DNA from: Phoronis australis | Lineage: Eukaryota; Animalia; Phoronida | Reading direction: 5' to 3' | DNA: 64,000 bases | Assembly: GCA_002633005.1 (NCBI GenBank) | Contig: NMRA01000305.1 | Span: 212,772 to 276,771 of the forward strand | Shown here: positions 14,101-25,757 of the stretch, one piece after another | Numbering within the stretch: the stretch's first letter is position 1 | How the letters are laid out: every line of letters begins with the position of its first letter | Translations under genes and position numbers: made by a program | The notes under the pieces: generated by a model | Told to the model about the DNA's origin: nothing | What the model saw: only the letters and a program-made list of their open reading frames with translations | The model's database searches: none

Positions 14101-17100
14101 AAAATTTGTAACATAACGCCCAAGTACACACATAAAGGATGTGATCCGCCACGTGAAGTATTTAAAAAATCTGCCGAAAAAATGAAAGAAAATTGGGAGT
14201 TCGAATCGTACGGGATAAATACAAAACGTACCTCGATTGGTGCAGATGAAGTAATAACCCACTCGACATAATTCCGCGTAAGGACCTCGACCTTCGGTAT
14301 GGGTTGATGCGCGGAATAATATCTCGTGTGATGTTGCTTCATCTACGCCACTCTCGCTACGTTTTGTGCGTTTCTTTTTTGAGGACTTAAAGAGATTGGG
14401 GCATGGCATTACAAAAGGAGGACAAAACAAATGTTTACAGACAAAATGTTGGCCCCCTTCCTTGTGATATTCTAGATCCGCCACTGAACATACAAATCGA
14501 ATTTTGTAGTGACGTCCTTGTGATCAAAAGGCAAGAGCACAAACTGATGTAGACATAAATATCCGATCTAAAAAAGGTACACGTATTTGGAGAGATGTGA
14601 CGTTGTTTATGTAAATTTGCTTTGCAAACCAGTTGTGGATTTAGAGGGTGCCAAGGGGGCCATGGCCCGCACCTAAAATTCTCCCAGATTACACGTTTGG
14701 CGGTTCGAGGATGCGAATGTCTGACAGCCGGGGCAAAATAATGGCTAATACTCTGTCCTGGCCCCCAACCCCCCCCCCCCAACTCAAAATCCTGGATTCG
14801 CCCCTGCCAACAGAGAACAAACAGTCGGTCACTCGGCTACTCGTTTCGTGGACCAAGGTTCTTGCTAAAAAGCGAGAGCACGCAAGTCTTCGCGAGATAT
14901 CGCCGTATGAATTGCATGCGATGCACGTGATCACAGTAGCGTTCCTCGTGACTGCCTTGCCTCTATCGGTATGCAACCCTGGTTATTCAAATGTACTCAG
15001 GGGCGGATCCAGGATTTTGAGTTGGGGGCAGGGCACAGGAATAACCAGAATTTTGTCACATGCGCGCCCAGCTTAAAATGTAGGGATGCAGGGGTCTCAG
15101 TTGAGTTATTGGGTTTGCGGACCTTATTACTAAAGAAAAAAACGGTGACCGGGATTCGTCCAAGGCCTATGCATTGTGCATTCGCCCCCCGAGCCCCCCT
15201 GGGTGCGCGCATATGCTAGTCAGCAATTTGCACCCCGAACTGCCAAATGGTATCTGGGAGAATTTTAGGGGGGGGGCATGGAGCCCTTGCTGCCTCCCCC
15301 CCCCTAAATCCGCCAATGGTACTGACAGCAAAGAAACAGTGGTGTTGGTTAAAGCTTTAATCGACATTTTAACATTTTTTCTCATCACACGTTCCAAATG
15401 AAGTCTTGCTATCAGTAAGTCTTTCTCAGATCTCGGCAATATCAAGCAAAATTTCAACGAATTATCGGAGCATCAAACCCGGCATTCTGTCAAAAACCAA
15501 CAGTTGATTTAGGCCTGCTATATAATCGATCTCAACTTGTTCAGATTAGAAATTATTTACAAGACCCGAGAAGAACTGACAGGTCCTTGCGATAGCCGTC
15601 ACGGTCTGTGGATCTCCTGGCGATTTATTCATAAACAATTATTGCAACACAATGAATAAACGTCGCTTTGAAAGAGCGATAACGCATGTGAAGAAAGTTT
15701 GTTTTGGGGTCGAAACAACAAGGGGACACCAGAGCATGGCATGTTGGGTCGAAACAACAAGGGGACACCAGAGCATGGCATGTTGGGTCGAAACAACACG
15801 NTAATCGACATTTTAACATTTTTTCTCATCACACGTTCCAAATGAAGTCTTGCTATCAGTAAGTCTTTCTCAGATCTCGGCAATATCAAGCAAAATTTCA
15901 ACGAATTATCGGAGCATCAAACCCGGCATTCTGTCAAAAACCAACAGTTGATTTAGGCCTGCTAAATAATCGATCTCAACTTGTTCAGATTAGAAATCAT
16001 TTACAAGACTCGAGAAGAACTGACAGGTCCTTGCGATGGCCGTCACGGTCTGTGGATCTCCTGGCGATTTATTCATAAACAATTATTGCAACACAATGAA
16101 TAAACGTCGCTTTGAAAGAGCGATAACGCATGTGAAGAAAGTTTGTTTTGGGGTCGGAACAACAAGGGGACACCAGAGCATGGCATGTTGGGTCGAAACA
16201 ACAAGGGGACACCAGAGCATGGCATGTTGGGTCGAAACAACACGGGGACACCAGAGCATGGCATGTTGGGTCGAAACAACAAGGGGACACCAAAGCATGG
16301 CATGTTGGGTCGAAACAACTCGAGGGAATACCAAAGCTACGGTGATGATTTGTCTCACCTCGTGTTATCAGTAGGCCCACAGTATCGGGCAACGCCCGGG
16401 TAAGAAGGCGGTTGGTAGCGTGGACGGCTAATCATAGCGAGGGGGGCTTCATTTCACACATATAGGCCTAAGCCTGCTACTTGGGCCTATCATGGGAAGC
16501 ACAGCACTAAATAAGAATAAAATTGAAGAAAACCCAGGAACAACAGCACTCTGTGCTTACACGCGCAGAGTAAAAAGTGGGAGGCTATAGCCCGCCAACC
16601 CCCCTGTGGTGCACAGCCCAATGACCACGGGGCGGCGCAGCACTGAAAGTGGGCTATAGCCCCCCCCCCCCCCTATGGTGCGCCGCCCATGCCTATGCAT
16701 TCCTTACTAAGTGCTTCGAGATTTTTTTGACAATGACGTTAACACTGACAAAAGAAAGGTCATTACATCTACGGTTTGGTAGTCGTTATCGCGTGACCTA
16801 ATTTATCAGGACCAGGAAGTATATTGGCTAACAAATGTCATTTGCAATAAATCACACAGATTCTCGCCTTTTAAATTTTTGTCATGCAGTGAATGTTTAA
16901 CGATAACTTTACCCTCGACGTACAGACGAAACTGCATGACTTACCTGACGGTAACCTTTCAAACTTCTGAAGGGATGTCAGGGGTACGTAATAAATCTTT
17001 CCACTACCGTCGTTTTCCAAAACTTTAACTCTTGTCTCAGAATATACACAATGTAACAACAGCGTCGAGTTGGCCGGTACGATGGTCTTCTTGTCAACTT

Positions 17101-17245
17101 CAATCGACTGTTTAATGGTTACTGCGCACGGCAGTTTATGTTGCTGGATCAAGCTCCTGAGATCCATCTCGTCCCTAGAGTACCATCTAGCGCGTGTATA
17201 AGGAAGTCCCGCTGTTTGATACACCTGGGGTCGCTTTTTGGGCAT
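5112..17245 (-). CDS. CABIT-domain + coiled-coil + C-terminal SAM-domain adaptor protein (GAREM/Themis-like), 11 exons, ~631 aa
   Basis: Exons (minus): 17245-16945, 12032-11857, 11625-11494, 10486-10141, 9138-9009, 8796-8767, 7976-7903, 7262-7208, 6871-6808, 6236-6177, 5639-5112. All are GT-AG with compatible phases, total 1896 nt. The N-terminus (MPKKRPQ...LRSLIQQHKLPCAVTI...LLLHCVY...YYVPLTSLQKFERLPSDSRLDDSAFSSVAEVIDSVPLPDLLR...LALPESMTACFS...KMPQRVRI) follows the CABIT pattern. A coiled coil follows (LTKREREIQSLKAKVEEIDSLQERCKALEDEKINL), then a SAM domain (MTVDDVCDFLKETHLEQYCEKFREEMVDGALLLNLDKELMVCELGMKRLHALRL). The small middle exons are less certain than the terminal ones. Confidence 0.8.
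5697..5845. mobile_element. Short MITE with CAGTGGCGGAT/ATCCGCCCCTG termini; family has many copies in the window
   Basis: TIR pair at 5697 and 5845. Related copies at 14630-14806, 14998-15318, 13399-14486, with single ends at 20512, 22241 and 31752-31768. Confidence 0.7.
12162..12235. repeat. Degenerate (AATAC)n pentanucleotide microsatellite
   Basis: ...gtaatacagtgtaatacagtaaagtacaatacaatacaatacaaaacaatacaaaa. Confidence 0.85.
13399..14486. mobile_element. TIR-bounded composite repeat (~45-bp imperfect TIRs) enclosing another dispersed repeat and an N gap
   Basis: CAGCGGCGGATCTAGGATGTCACAAGGGGGCCAACATTTTGTC at 13399 pairs with GACAAAATGTTGGCCCCCTTCCTTGTGATATTCTAGATCCGCCACTG ending at 14486. 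Internal 13931-14368 resembles 2122-2577. Confidence 0.6.
15707..16320. repeat. 39-bp minisatellite (GGGTCGAAACAACAAGGGGACACCAGAGCATGGCATGTT), two blocks
   Basis: About 2.4 units at 15707-15800 and about 4.3 units at 16151-16320. The blocks lie in the duplicated segments 15358-15800 and 15802-~16245. Confidence 0.9.
16627..16691. mobile_element. Tiny MITE with CATGGGCGGCGCA/TGCGCCGCCCATG-type ends
   Basis: Inverted ends enclose a poly-C/G run. Related copies in the opposite orientation at 21401-21461 and 23136-23196. Confidence 0.6.
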
Positions 17246-19349
17246 TTCGGGCACTCACTGCGCATGCGTCTTGCTGTGATCCTTTGTCAAAAACTTACTC
17301 GGTAAAACTGGGGCTCCCTGTTGTTATCCGGGAATGAGATGAGCTAAGGCATTGACTTGTATCGGCGCGGCTCACCATCGTGATTGATTTAGCACGAGGG
17401 GATTTTGTTGTATTTTATCTTTTGTGTGTTATCAGGGTATATCTTTGCTACTATGTCAGGGCAGCTGAATAAGGTATGCCCATGCCTCTTCGAGTGAACT
17501 ACGTAGTAAACCGCCCAGTGACAAAATCCCTGTGTCTGTCAAATGTAAAACTTGCAGGCTGAATGGGCGGGGTTCCAGACTTATAACTGTCGTGCCATTT
17601 CTGGGCTGGCAGTGCATAACAGTGCCTTTAAGAGTACGACTAATACATGTGTATAGCTCATTGAAAAATACACACACCGTAGCAAGGCCGGCGAAATTAC
17701 CTACGTGTCTCATAACGTAAAATTGCCGTGAGGACTTGACAGGGACCTCAGGGGTCTCACACTCGACTGATTTATCCATTGAAAACGCTTTGCCCACGCT
17801 TTGTGTGTCATAAACGAGATAAGCACACCAGCAGCTGACGCAGCAAGTAGAACTACTCTCGTTTATCACATTGGTGTAGACTCACCGACAGTTGAACTGT
17901 GGTTTTCTGTAGACCCCAGACTGTCCCGAGTTGCACCATAGACTCCCGGGACGGTCTCTCACGACGATTAAGCGTTGTGTCCAACAGTGCCCAAATAATT
18001 CCACTAATTAGCTAAATAAGGGTCCTGCGTGAAATATCGCGGGGCCACTTCTCGTCCCCTGGCCTGCAAGTGCTATTCAAAACTTGTTGCGATCGCCAGT
18101 TCTGGGACCTGGCACCCACGTCTCGTCGCCACGAGACGGTAAGACCGTTGCAGTGGGGGCGGGGCTGATCTTAGCCAACATTATGCGGCAGCGGTCACTC
18201 TAGGCCGAGGTCACTAGTAAACAGAGCCAAACGCTATAGCAATAGTGGCAAAGAGTGTAGGGTAGCTTAAACTGAAAATTACGACACCAATGCGCCTTGT
18301 GTGAACTGCGAAACCGGGTGCGGGTATGAACTTTTTCCACGGCATTCATGTGGCTGAGTGTAAAATTACACACGCGGCGCCGGCAAAGTAAACTTGCGAG
18401 AAAACGTAAGGGATATCTGGAAGTCACATGGGGTTAGTAAATTCAACAGGGAGATCGGCAATGGCGGACTGGCAGATTCTCGCAAACAAAAGAAACAGAA
18501 AAAGAGTCTTTTCATAAACAAGTCGATGACAAAAAAAAGAAAGAAACTACGGAACTGATAACTGTTGAAGTTTTGTCTGAGATGTAATTCTCCATTTTAT
18601 ATTCATTTCTCTCAGTCTCACTGAATAACGAGCATCAACTGGTCCTCAATATGTTATTATGCGACTATAGCCGAAAAAATGCACCCAATTTGCTAGAAAA
18701 ACACGTAGCACGAAATGTGTGAAGACGTCAGATGAGGCTTCAAATAATGCGATGATTTTTCTTTCATCGCGTTGCCTTCGCCCTCGGTTCGGAAAACACT
18801 AAATTCTGATTTATCAAAATTTCAATCGCTATCAAATCATTAAGCTAAGATTTCAATTAACAACGGCAGATTTTTCTTTTGATCTAGTTGATTGATCCCG
18901 TCAACGTACACGGGTGAGGCTTACATATATAGTACCCCTAACTTAGATAAGACGCGATGTAATTGTGGCCCATACACAGGTTGTCGAAAAATTGCTGAAA
19001 TAATAAACGCAATGTATGTGCACAGGGAAGTTTAGAGGAGGTAGACCTGAAGTGTGTTCAATAGAGTGAGCGTGTACTCGCGAATACAGCTATCGACTAC
19101 AACACTGTTGTGCATGCGTTCGGCCGTGACACCAGTGACACGGCCGGGGTTCGCCTACTAAACACGCTCTGCGTGAAGATCGTAAAGGAAACGTTTAAGG
19201 CAATTACTATTTAAGTCAACAAACGGTTTTCAATATTTACACTTTGATTTGTAGATGTTATTGGAATTTATTCATCTGTGCATGTGTAGTCTATTGATAC
19301 ATGACAAAGCAACGGCTCGATAACGCGGCCTCCAGACAGATTGTGTACT

Positions 19350-19364
19350 GTTGTCCCTAGTTAC
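19350..19364. promoter_or_regulatory. RFX X-box-like motif upstream of the 134-aa gene
   Basis: GTTGTCCCTAGTTAC (reverse complement GTAACT-AGG-GACAAC) fits the relaxed X-box GTNRCY-N(0-3)-RRYAAC and lies ~105 bp upstream of ATG 19470. Confidence 0.5.
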
Positions 19365-19469
19365 TAACACCAGAGGTCGTTGTTAACCGCGTGCAAGCTG
19401 GAAAAATAGTAGATTGTAAACGGCTGGTGACGCAGTTTTGGCCAAAAACAGAGAGATTTGTAGACAGCT

Positions 19470-22400
19470 ATGACATCGATGTGCCCTACTCGCCCTCACA
19501 CGTCAGAGTAAGTGTAAATGGTATTGGCCAGTTTTTGTGGCCATATCCTAATTAACAGGATTTCGTGGGAATTCCTTCTTGACGCTGGGGCACTGTCTGG
19601 ACTGAGTTGGCACGTAACCCGTCTGTAAATTAAGCAAGCATATTTTCGGGCAAGGACCAGTGCTTGGCAATCCAACCATTAGGAAGTGGTGACAAAGATG
19701 CTAATTGACACAGTGTCTTCCCAGCTACATTAACTGCGTGTGGTTGAACTTTACAGGTCCCAGTGAACTTTGAAGCAGACCCAGAGTTAGTTGACACTGA
19801 CTTCGACGGTACGGCTCTGTTCTTTCTGCCCCGTGACGGTTATGACCTTCATTCATCACCTCGGCATCCCTTCTTTGATTCAGTCAGTGTTATTGATGGC
19901 TTATAATGCTTGTTTTCAAGGGTAATGCCGAATAAGGGACTTAATAAATCAATGAATTTAGTCTACCAAACTGTGCCCAACTTCCTTAATGCATTCTCCA
20001 CCCATTTTTGCCATGCAGAGTCCGACAAAGTGGATGATTTGCCATGCATTGGGTTGACACCTTCGTCCATGTAGTTAAACTCTTCAACCTAGGCAACAAT
20101 ATTTTTTGTGTACTCTGTGTCAGATTGGTTCTGTTCTGTGACAATTCTTTTACCATTATTTCAATAATCATGTTGTCACTATATTGAACTATGTTGACTC
20201 AGTAGAATCAATGGTGACAATCTGCAATCAATTCATCAATTCGAATAACACCTTTTGTTTACATACACATGTTAACACTGTGTTTGTTATTTGCTTCATT
20301 TCAGGATGACGTTTTGGTCTAGACACGATCCAGTGAACTTTTCTATCCCAAAGGGCAATACAGATCATTGGTCAAAAATGAGGCTAAGGGTGGGTACTAT
20401 AGGACCTGAACAGCGACGCTCTAGCTTTTGTTGCAATCTTTTATGTCAGTAATAAATTGTTCAAATGATCTTATGTTAAAACTAACTCTTTGCTCATGTA
20501 ATGCAGGGTCAAGTGGCAGATCTAGGATATCATGAGAGGGACATCATTTTTCTTTTTGTAATGTGTGTGCGACTCCTCCCCCCTCTCCTCTAACACAGGT
20601 GCACACAAAAAGGTAGACGCCCACGATTAGCTGTAAAATAATAAATGCCAAAATTTATTTCCAAGCCATTTTACCTATTTTTTGGTAGCCAAGAGGTCAA
20701 TGTGGAGTTTTGAAATAGCACAAATGATCTTCATGTGTGGCAAACACCAAAATTACCTTTGAATGCAGTAACTCATTTTTTAACATTCTTTCAGTTCTAA
20801 AACTGGCACAATTGATCCAAATACTAGTTTTGAGTACAAAAACCAAACATTCATCCATCGCTTCAGGCTCCAACAAGAGTTATCTCCCTACTTGTACACC
20901 AATTATCTCCCTATATATTACAATAAGGTGCTGCAGCTTTGGTTCTTACTTTTGTTTTCTTGCACACAGAAGTGAGTGAAAACAGCAGGCAACTTTGCGA
21001 ATTTACTATAACTTACAGTCAGACGCAAAAACATGAGGCCTACAATATGAGTCAAGTTTAAATGTTTCTATAGTCCTGACTTGATTTATAAGTTGCATAA
21101 CCATTCACTTCCCATTGAATAGGGAGGGCGGTATGTTCATTAGCAATACGTAAGAATCGTAATTGTTATGTTGAGAAGACTTTGTTGTCTTCGCCTATTT
21201 ACTGATCATTTTTTTTCTTCCCAGGCATCCTCGGCTGTCCCATCATACCAAGGACTCAGTTCATGTAAGTTACAGCTGTACTAATTACAGCAACAACTAA
21301 AAGTTTTGTTTTAAGTAATAAAATTAACATAATTACTGAAGTATTTGCAGTTGATTACTCAGACTACTCAGTGTTTAGAATACAGGTGTACTATATTGTC
21401 CATGGGCGGCGCACCATAGGGGCTGGGGGGGGGGGCTTATTTCAGTGCTGCACTGCCCATGTTGTCAGTCTGCCATCTTAGCAACACAAACGCAGAGCTG
21501 GCCACTGCAATTACCATCGGTCACACAGTGGCCACAGGCTAACTACAAATTTGAAATCACATAGTTCTACATCTGTTTTTGTGACTGTCAAATGAGAAAA
21601 ATAGTATCATTCTTTGCTTTCTTTAGCTTACTAAGTTTAGTTTCATTGTAAATATTAATTAAAATGTTCAGGAATTTATTTATGTGCCNTAGTGTACCAA
21701 ACTGTGCCCAACTTCCTTAATGCATTCTCCACCCATTTTTGCCATGCAGAGTCTGACAAAGTGGATGATTTGCCATGCATTGGGTTGACACCTTCATCCA
21801 TGTAGTTAAACTCTTCAACCTAGGCAACAACATTTTTTGTGCAATCTTTGTCAGATTGGTTCTGTTCTGTGACAATTCTTTTACCATTATTTCAATAATT
21901 GTCACTATCATTGAACTATGTTAACTCAGTAGAATCAATGGTGACAATCTGCAATCAATTCATCAATTCGAATAACAGCTTTTGTTTACTGTACACATGT
22001 TACACTGTTTGTCATTTGCTTCATTTCAGGATGACGTTTTGGTCTAGACATGATCCAGTGAACTTTTCTATCCCAAAGGGCAATACAGATCATTGGTCAA
22101 AAATGAGGCTAAGGGTAGGTACAATAGGACCTGAACGACAGTGATGCTCTAACTTTTGTTACAATCTTTTATGTCGGTAATAAATTGTTCAAATGATCTT
22201 ACGTTAAAACTAACTCTTTGCTCATATAATGCAGGGTCAAGTGGCAGATCTAGGATATCATGAGAGGGACAACATTTTTCTTTTTGTAATATGTGTGCGA
22301 CTCCTCCCCCCTCTCCTCTAACGCAGGTGCACACACAAAGGTAGACGCCCATGATTAGATGTAAAATAATAAATGCCAAAATTTATTTCCAAGCCATTTT

Positions 22401-25400
22401 ACATATTTTTTGGTAGCCAAGAGGTCAATGTGGAGTTTTGAAATAGCACAAATGATCTTCATGTGTGGCAAACACCAAAATAACCTTTGTATGCAATAAC
22501 TCGTTTGTTAACATTCTTTCAGTTCTAAAACTGGCACAATTCATCCAAATACTAGTTTTGAGTACAAAAACCAAACATTTATCCATCGCTTCAGGCTCCA
22601 ACTGGAGTTATCTCCCTACTTGTACACCAATTATCTCCCTATATATTACAATATGATGCTGCATCGTGATTGCTTTGGTTCTTACTTTTGTTTTTTTGCA
22701 CACAGAAGTGAGTGAAAACAGCAGGCAACTTTGCGAATTTACTATAACTTACAGTCAGATGCAAAAACATGAGGCCTACAATATGAGTCAAGTTTAAATG
22801 TTTCTATAGTCCTGACTTGATTTATAAGTTGCATAACCATTCACTTCCCATTGAATAAGGAGGGCGGTGTGTTGATAAGCAATACGTAACAATCGTAATT
22901 GTTATGTTGAGAAGACTTTGTTGACTTCGCCTATTTACTGATCATTTTTTTCTTCCCAGGCATCCTCGGCTGTCCCATCATACCAAGGACTCAGTTCATG
23001 TAAGTTACAGCTGTACTAATTACAGCAACAACTAAAAGTTTTGTTTTAAGTAATAAAATTAACATAATTACTGAAATATTTGCAGTTGATTACTCAGACT
23101 ACTCAGTGTTTAGAATACAGGTGTACTATATTGTCCATGGGCGGCGCACCATAGGGGCTGGGGGGGGGGGCTTATTTCAGTGCTGCACTGCCCATGTTGT
23201 CAGTCTGCCATCTTAGCAACACAAACGCAGAGCTGGCCACTGCAATTACCATCGGTCACACAGTGGCCACAGGCTAACTACAAATTTGAAATCACATAGT
23301 TCTACATCTGTTTTTGTGACTGTCAAATGAGAAAAATAGTATCATTCTTTGCTTTCTTTAGCTTACTAAGTTTAGTTTCATTGTAAATATTAATTAAAAT
23401 GTTCAGGAATTTATTTATGTGCCCAACTAAACGGGCGTTAAAAGTTCTCACGCCAAGTTGCAAGCTGTTGGCCATTTACTTCACAAAGTATGAATAATTG
23501 CATTTTACATATTAAATTGTGGTTGCCAACTTAACATTAACTACTCAGTGTGACTTGATTTTGATACACTTTTACAATAAAATTAACAATAAAGGACGTG
23601 ACGTGGGGAGCAAGTGAAACTGTATTCTTTTATCACCATGTAGTCCCCTCGACAAAGTTCATGGTGTAACATTTGCAAGTTTTGTACAAGAAAACACAAC
23701 TATGATTTCACAACAATGTTAGAAGCCACATGGGGGTCACTCATATTGACAAAGTGCCTGCAGGCGTGTACCAAATATTGTGGGTAAGTGGTACTTTTTC
23801 AGCCAGTTTTGCGGGACCCACGTAGGGTGTAATAGGCCCCTAAATTTCCATTTTGTCCCCGCAAAAGGGGGTGGAGCAGAAAAAAGTACCCTGCAAAGAG
23901 GTGAGGTAGAAAAATCTACCCCCGCAAAAGGAGAGTGGGAATTATCAGTCTTGGCTCATGCAATAGGTGGTCTCTCAGCAGTTTTGGTAAAAGCCTATGA
24001 GCACCTTGTCAATAAGTGTGAACCCACCCGGGAAGCCACTGAACAATAAAAAACTGTCGATTTTAAAATAATATTTTTGTCTGATGAGCTTTTATTTGAC
24101 TTAAGTCGGAGTTAGTTCATTCTGTTATGTGATGCTATTGGTGATTTTACGACACAATGTATTTTAGTGGGGAGATTTGAGAGAACAATGACAGACAGTT
24201 TCGCTGGTAACACTCCTGGTGATTACTACCGCATGACACGACCAAAGACAACATCATGGAGGGAGAAGCTGAAGTCTTCGTTCAACACTCGCGCTAAGGA
24301 GGGCTTCAATTATTGGGAGATAGAAAGACCTAAACCTACCAAATGTAAGACTATTGGGTGTCTTTGTTGGAGACAGCTGATACATTCATTTGGTATTTTA
24401 GTAAACATACGAAAGTTGCTGTAAAATGTACCTGTATATTTTAGTTCGTAACATTCAGATATTGTCATCAGCACTTCTGATCCCTGAAAAATTTGTGTGT
24501 GCATCACATCAGATTTGCTTTTGGCTTGTTAATGCTGCGTTTACACGGTAATGTGCTTTGAATAAGTTGATCTGGGACAGTCTAGGTAGTGTTTGATGTG
24601 TAACAAACTAGTGCAGATTGCATCCTGGTGTCAACGTGTTCCAGAACAATTTTTGTTTCCACTAACACTTGCGATGGAACAATCTGCATGTGAACGGGCT
24701 ATAAGTTCCGTCAACATGAGGCGTAATGTTCTACACACATCAGGTGACGTTAAGTTTCAGTTGTCAAGGTGCTGAAACACATGTATTTGTTTTGTTCATC
24801 GTGATATTTTCTTGTAGCTAAGACAGTGCGAGACATCATTATTAAAGGCCGTGACTGGGACTCTAAGAGGGTACACGCATTAAGCATGCTGTGGTCACAA
24901 CTTATATTTTTTGAAGTGCATGTTTGCTTATTGATTATTGAAATGGGCGTATTTGGCAGAGAAAGGATAGTTGTCTCCCTTGACTCAAGCAAAATAGGGA
25001 AAGAAAGTTGCCGTCCTTGATTCAAGGAAAAAATGAAACTTCGAAGAAATATTTCATGCAAAGCCATTCAACTCTCCAAAGTCCAAATACGCCTATGATT
25101 ACTGAAGCACAATTTCTTATAATTTAAGCATTCTTCCACTGAGCTTGAACAGCTGCAACAAGCTTTTCCTTCACACTTGTCTTTGTATGAACCCACCATG
25201 GCGCATCCTGTAAACTCGCTCTTGCATGGTATTTATTCTTAGATAGTAGGAGCTAGTCTTAAACCAGGTCTAGAAAAAAATATTTTTTACAACTCCTAGT
25301 GAGATTAAGCACAATTTTGAAGGTTCAAACATTTTTAAATGTTTTAAAAAACATAAAACAAATACAATATTGTGATATTTAACACACCAAAAATATAAAA

Positions 25401-25757
25401 TATTTATGAGCTCAGCCGACGATCCTGAGGTGGAAAACAAAAAGTTTTCGCAATCAACGTATTTCAGAATTCAACTAATTTGTTCAAAATGATGCGAAGA
25501 CAAGACTTGCTACTCATATACATGTGTCTGGTTGTGAGTTGGGGTGTGCACAGGCAAACACTCTTTAAATGATTAAATTCATTGTTTTCATACAGATTTG
25601 AAAAAAGAAAACAAAATTAATGAAAAACTTGAAAATTTCAATTATCTATTAATAGACCACCATGCTTATTGTTGATTTTTTTTCTTTTTCAGTCGGTAGA
25701 TATGGAATAGGCTCATACAAGACAGTGCTGGGTGTTGGAAATGGACCACGGACGTAA
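19470..25757 (+). CDS. Uncharacterised small protein, 134 aa, 5 exons; possibly ciliary/flagellar
   Basis: Exons 19470-19507, 20305-20389 (duplicate 22030-22114), 21225-21264 (duplicate 22960-22999), 24168-24344, 25693-25757, all GT-AG and phase-consistent. Protein: MTSMCPTRPHTSEMTFWSRHDPVNFSIPKGNTDHWSKMRLRASSAVPSYQGLSSLGRFERTMTDSFAGNTPGDYYRMTRPKTTSWREKLKSSFNTRAKEGFNYWEIERPKPTKFGRYGIGSYKTVLGVGNGPRT*. Family not recognised. Confidence 0.72.
19960..23423. repeat. ~1.73-kb tandem duplication joined at a single N (21689)
   Basis: 19960-21688 resembles 21690-23423, with scattered SNPs and small indels. Confidence 0.92.
23733..24032. mobile_element. ~300-bp MITE-like element
   Basis: GGGGTCACTCATATTGACAAAGTGC pairs with GCACCTTGTCAATAAGTGTGAACCC as imperfect terminal inverted repeats. 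Internal short repeats of CCCGCAAAAGG. Confidence 0.6.

Noticed and set aside
15625-16403. ORFs with 13-aa repeats in several frames
   Set aside because: By-product of a 39-bp minisatellite that is open in multiple frames on both strands, inside an intron.
19757-20389. Multiple in-frame TGA codons suggesting a selenoprotein
   Set aside because: The TGAs fall in non-coding frames, a stop-free spliced frame exists, and I recognised no SECIS element.
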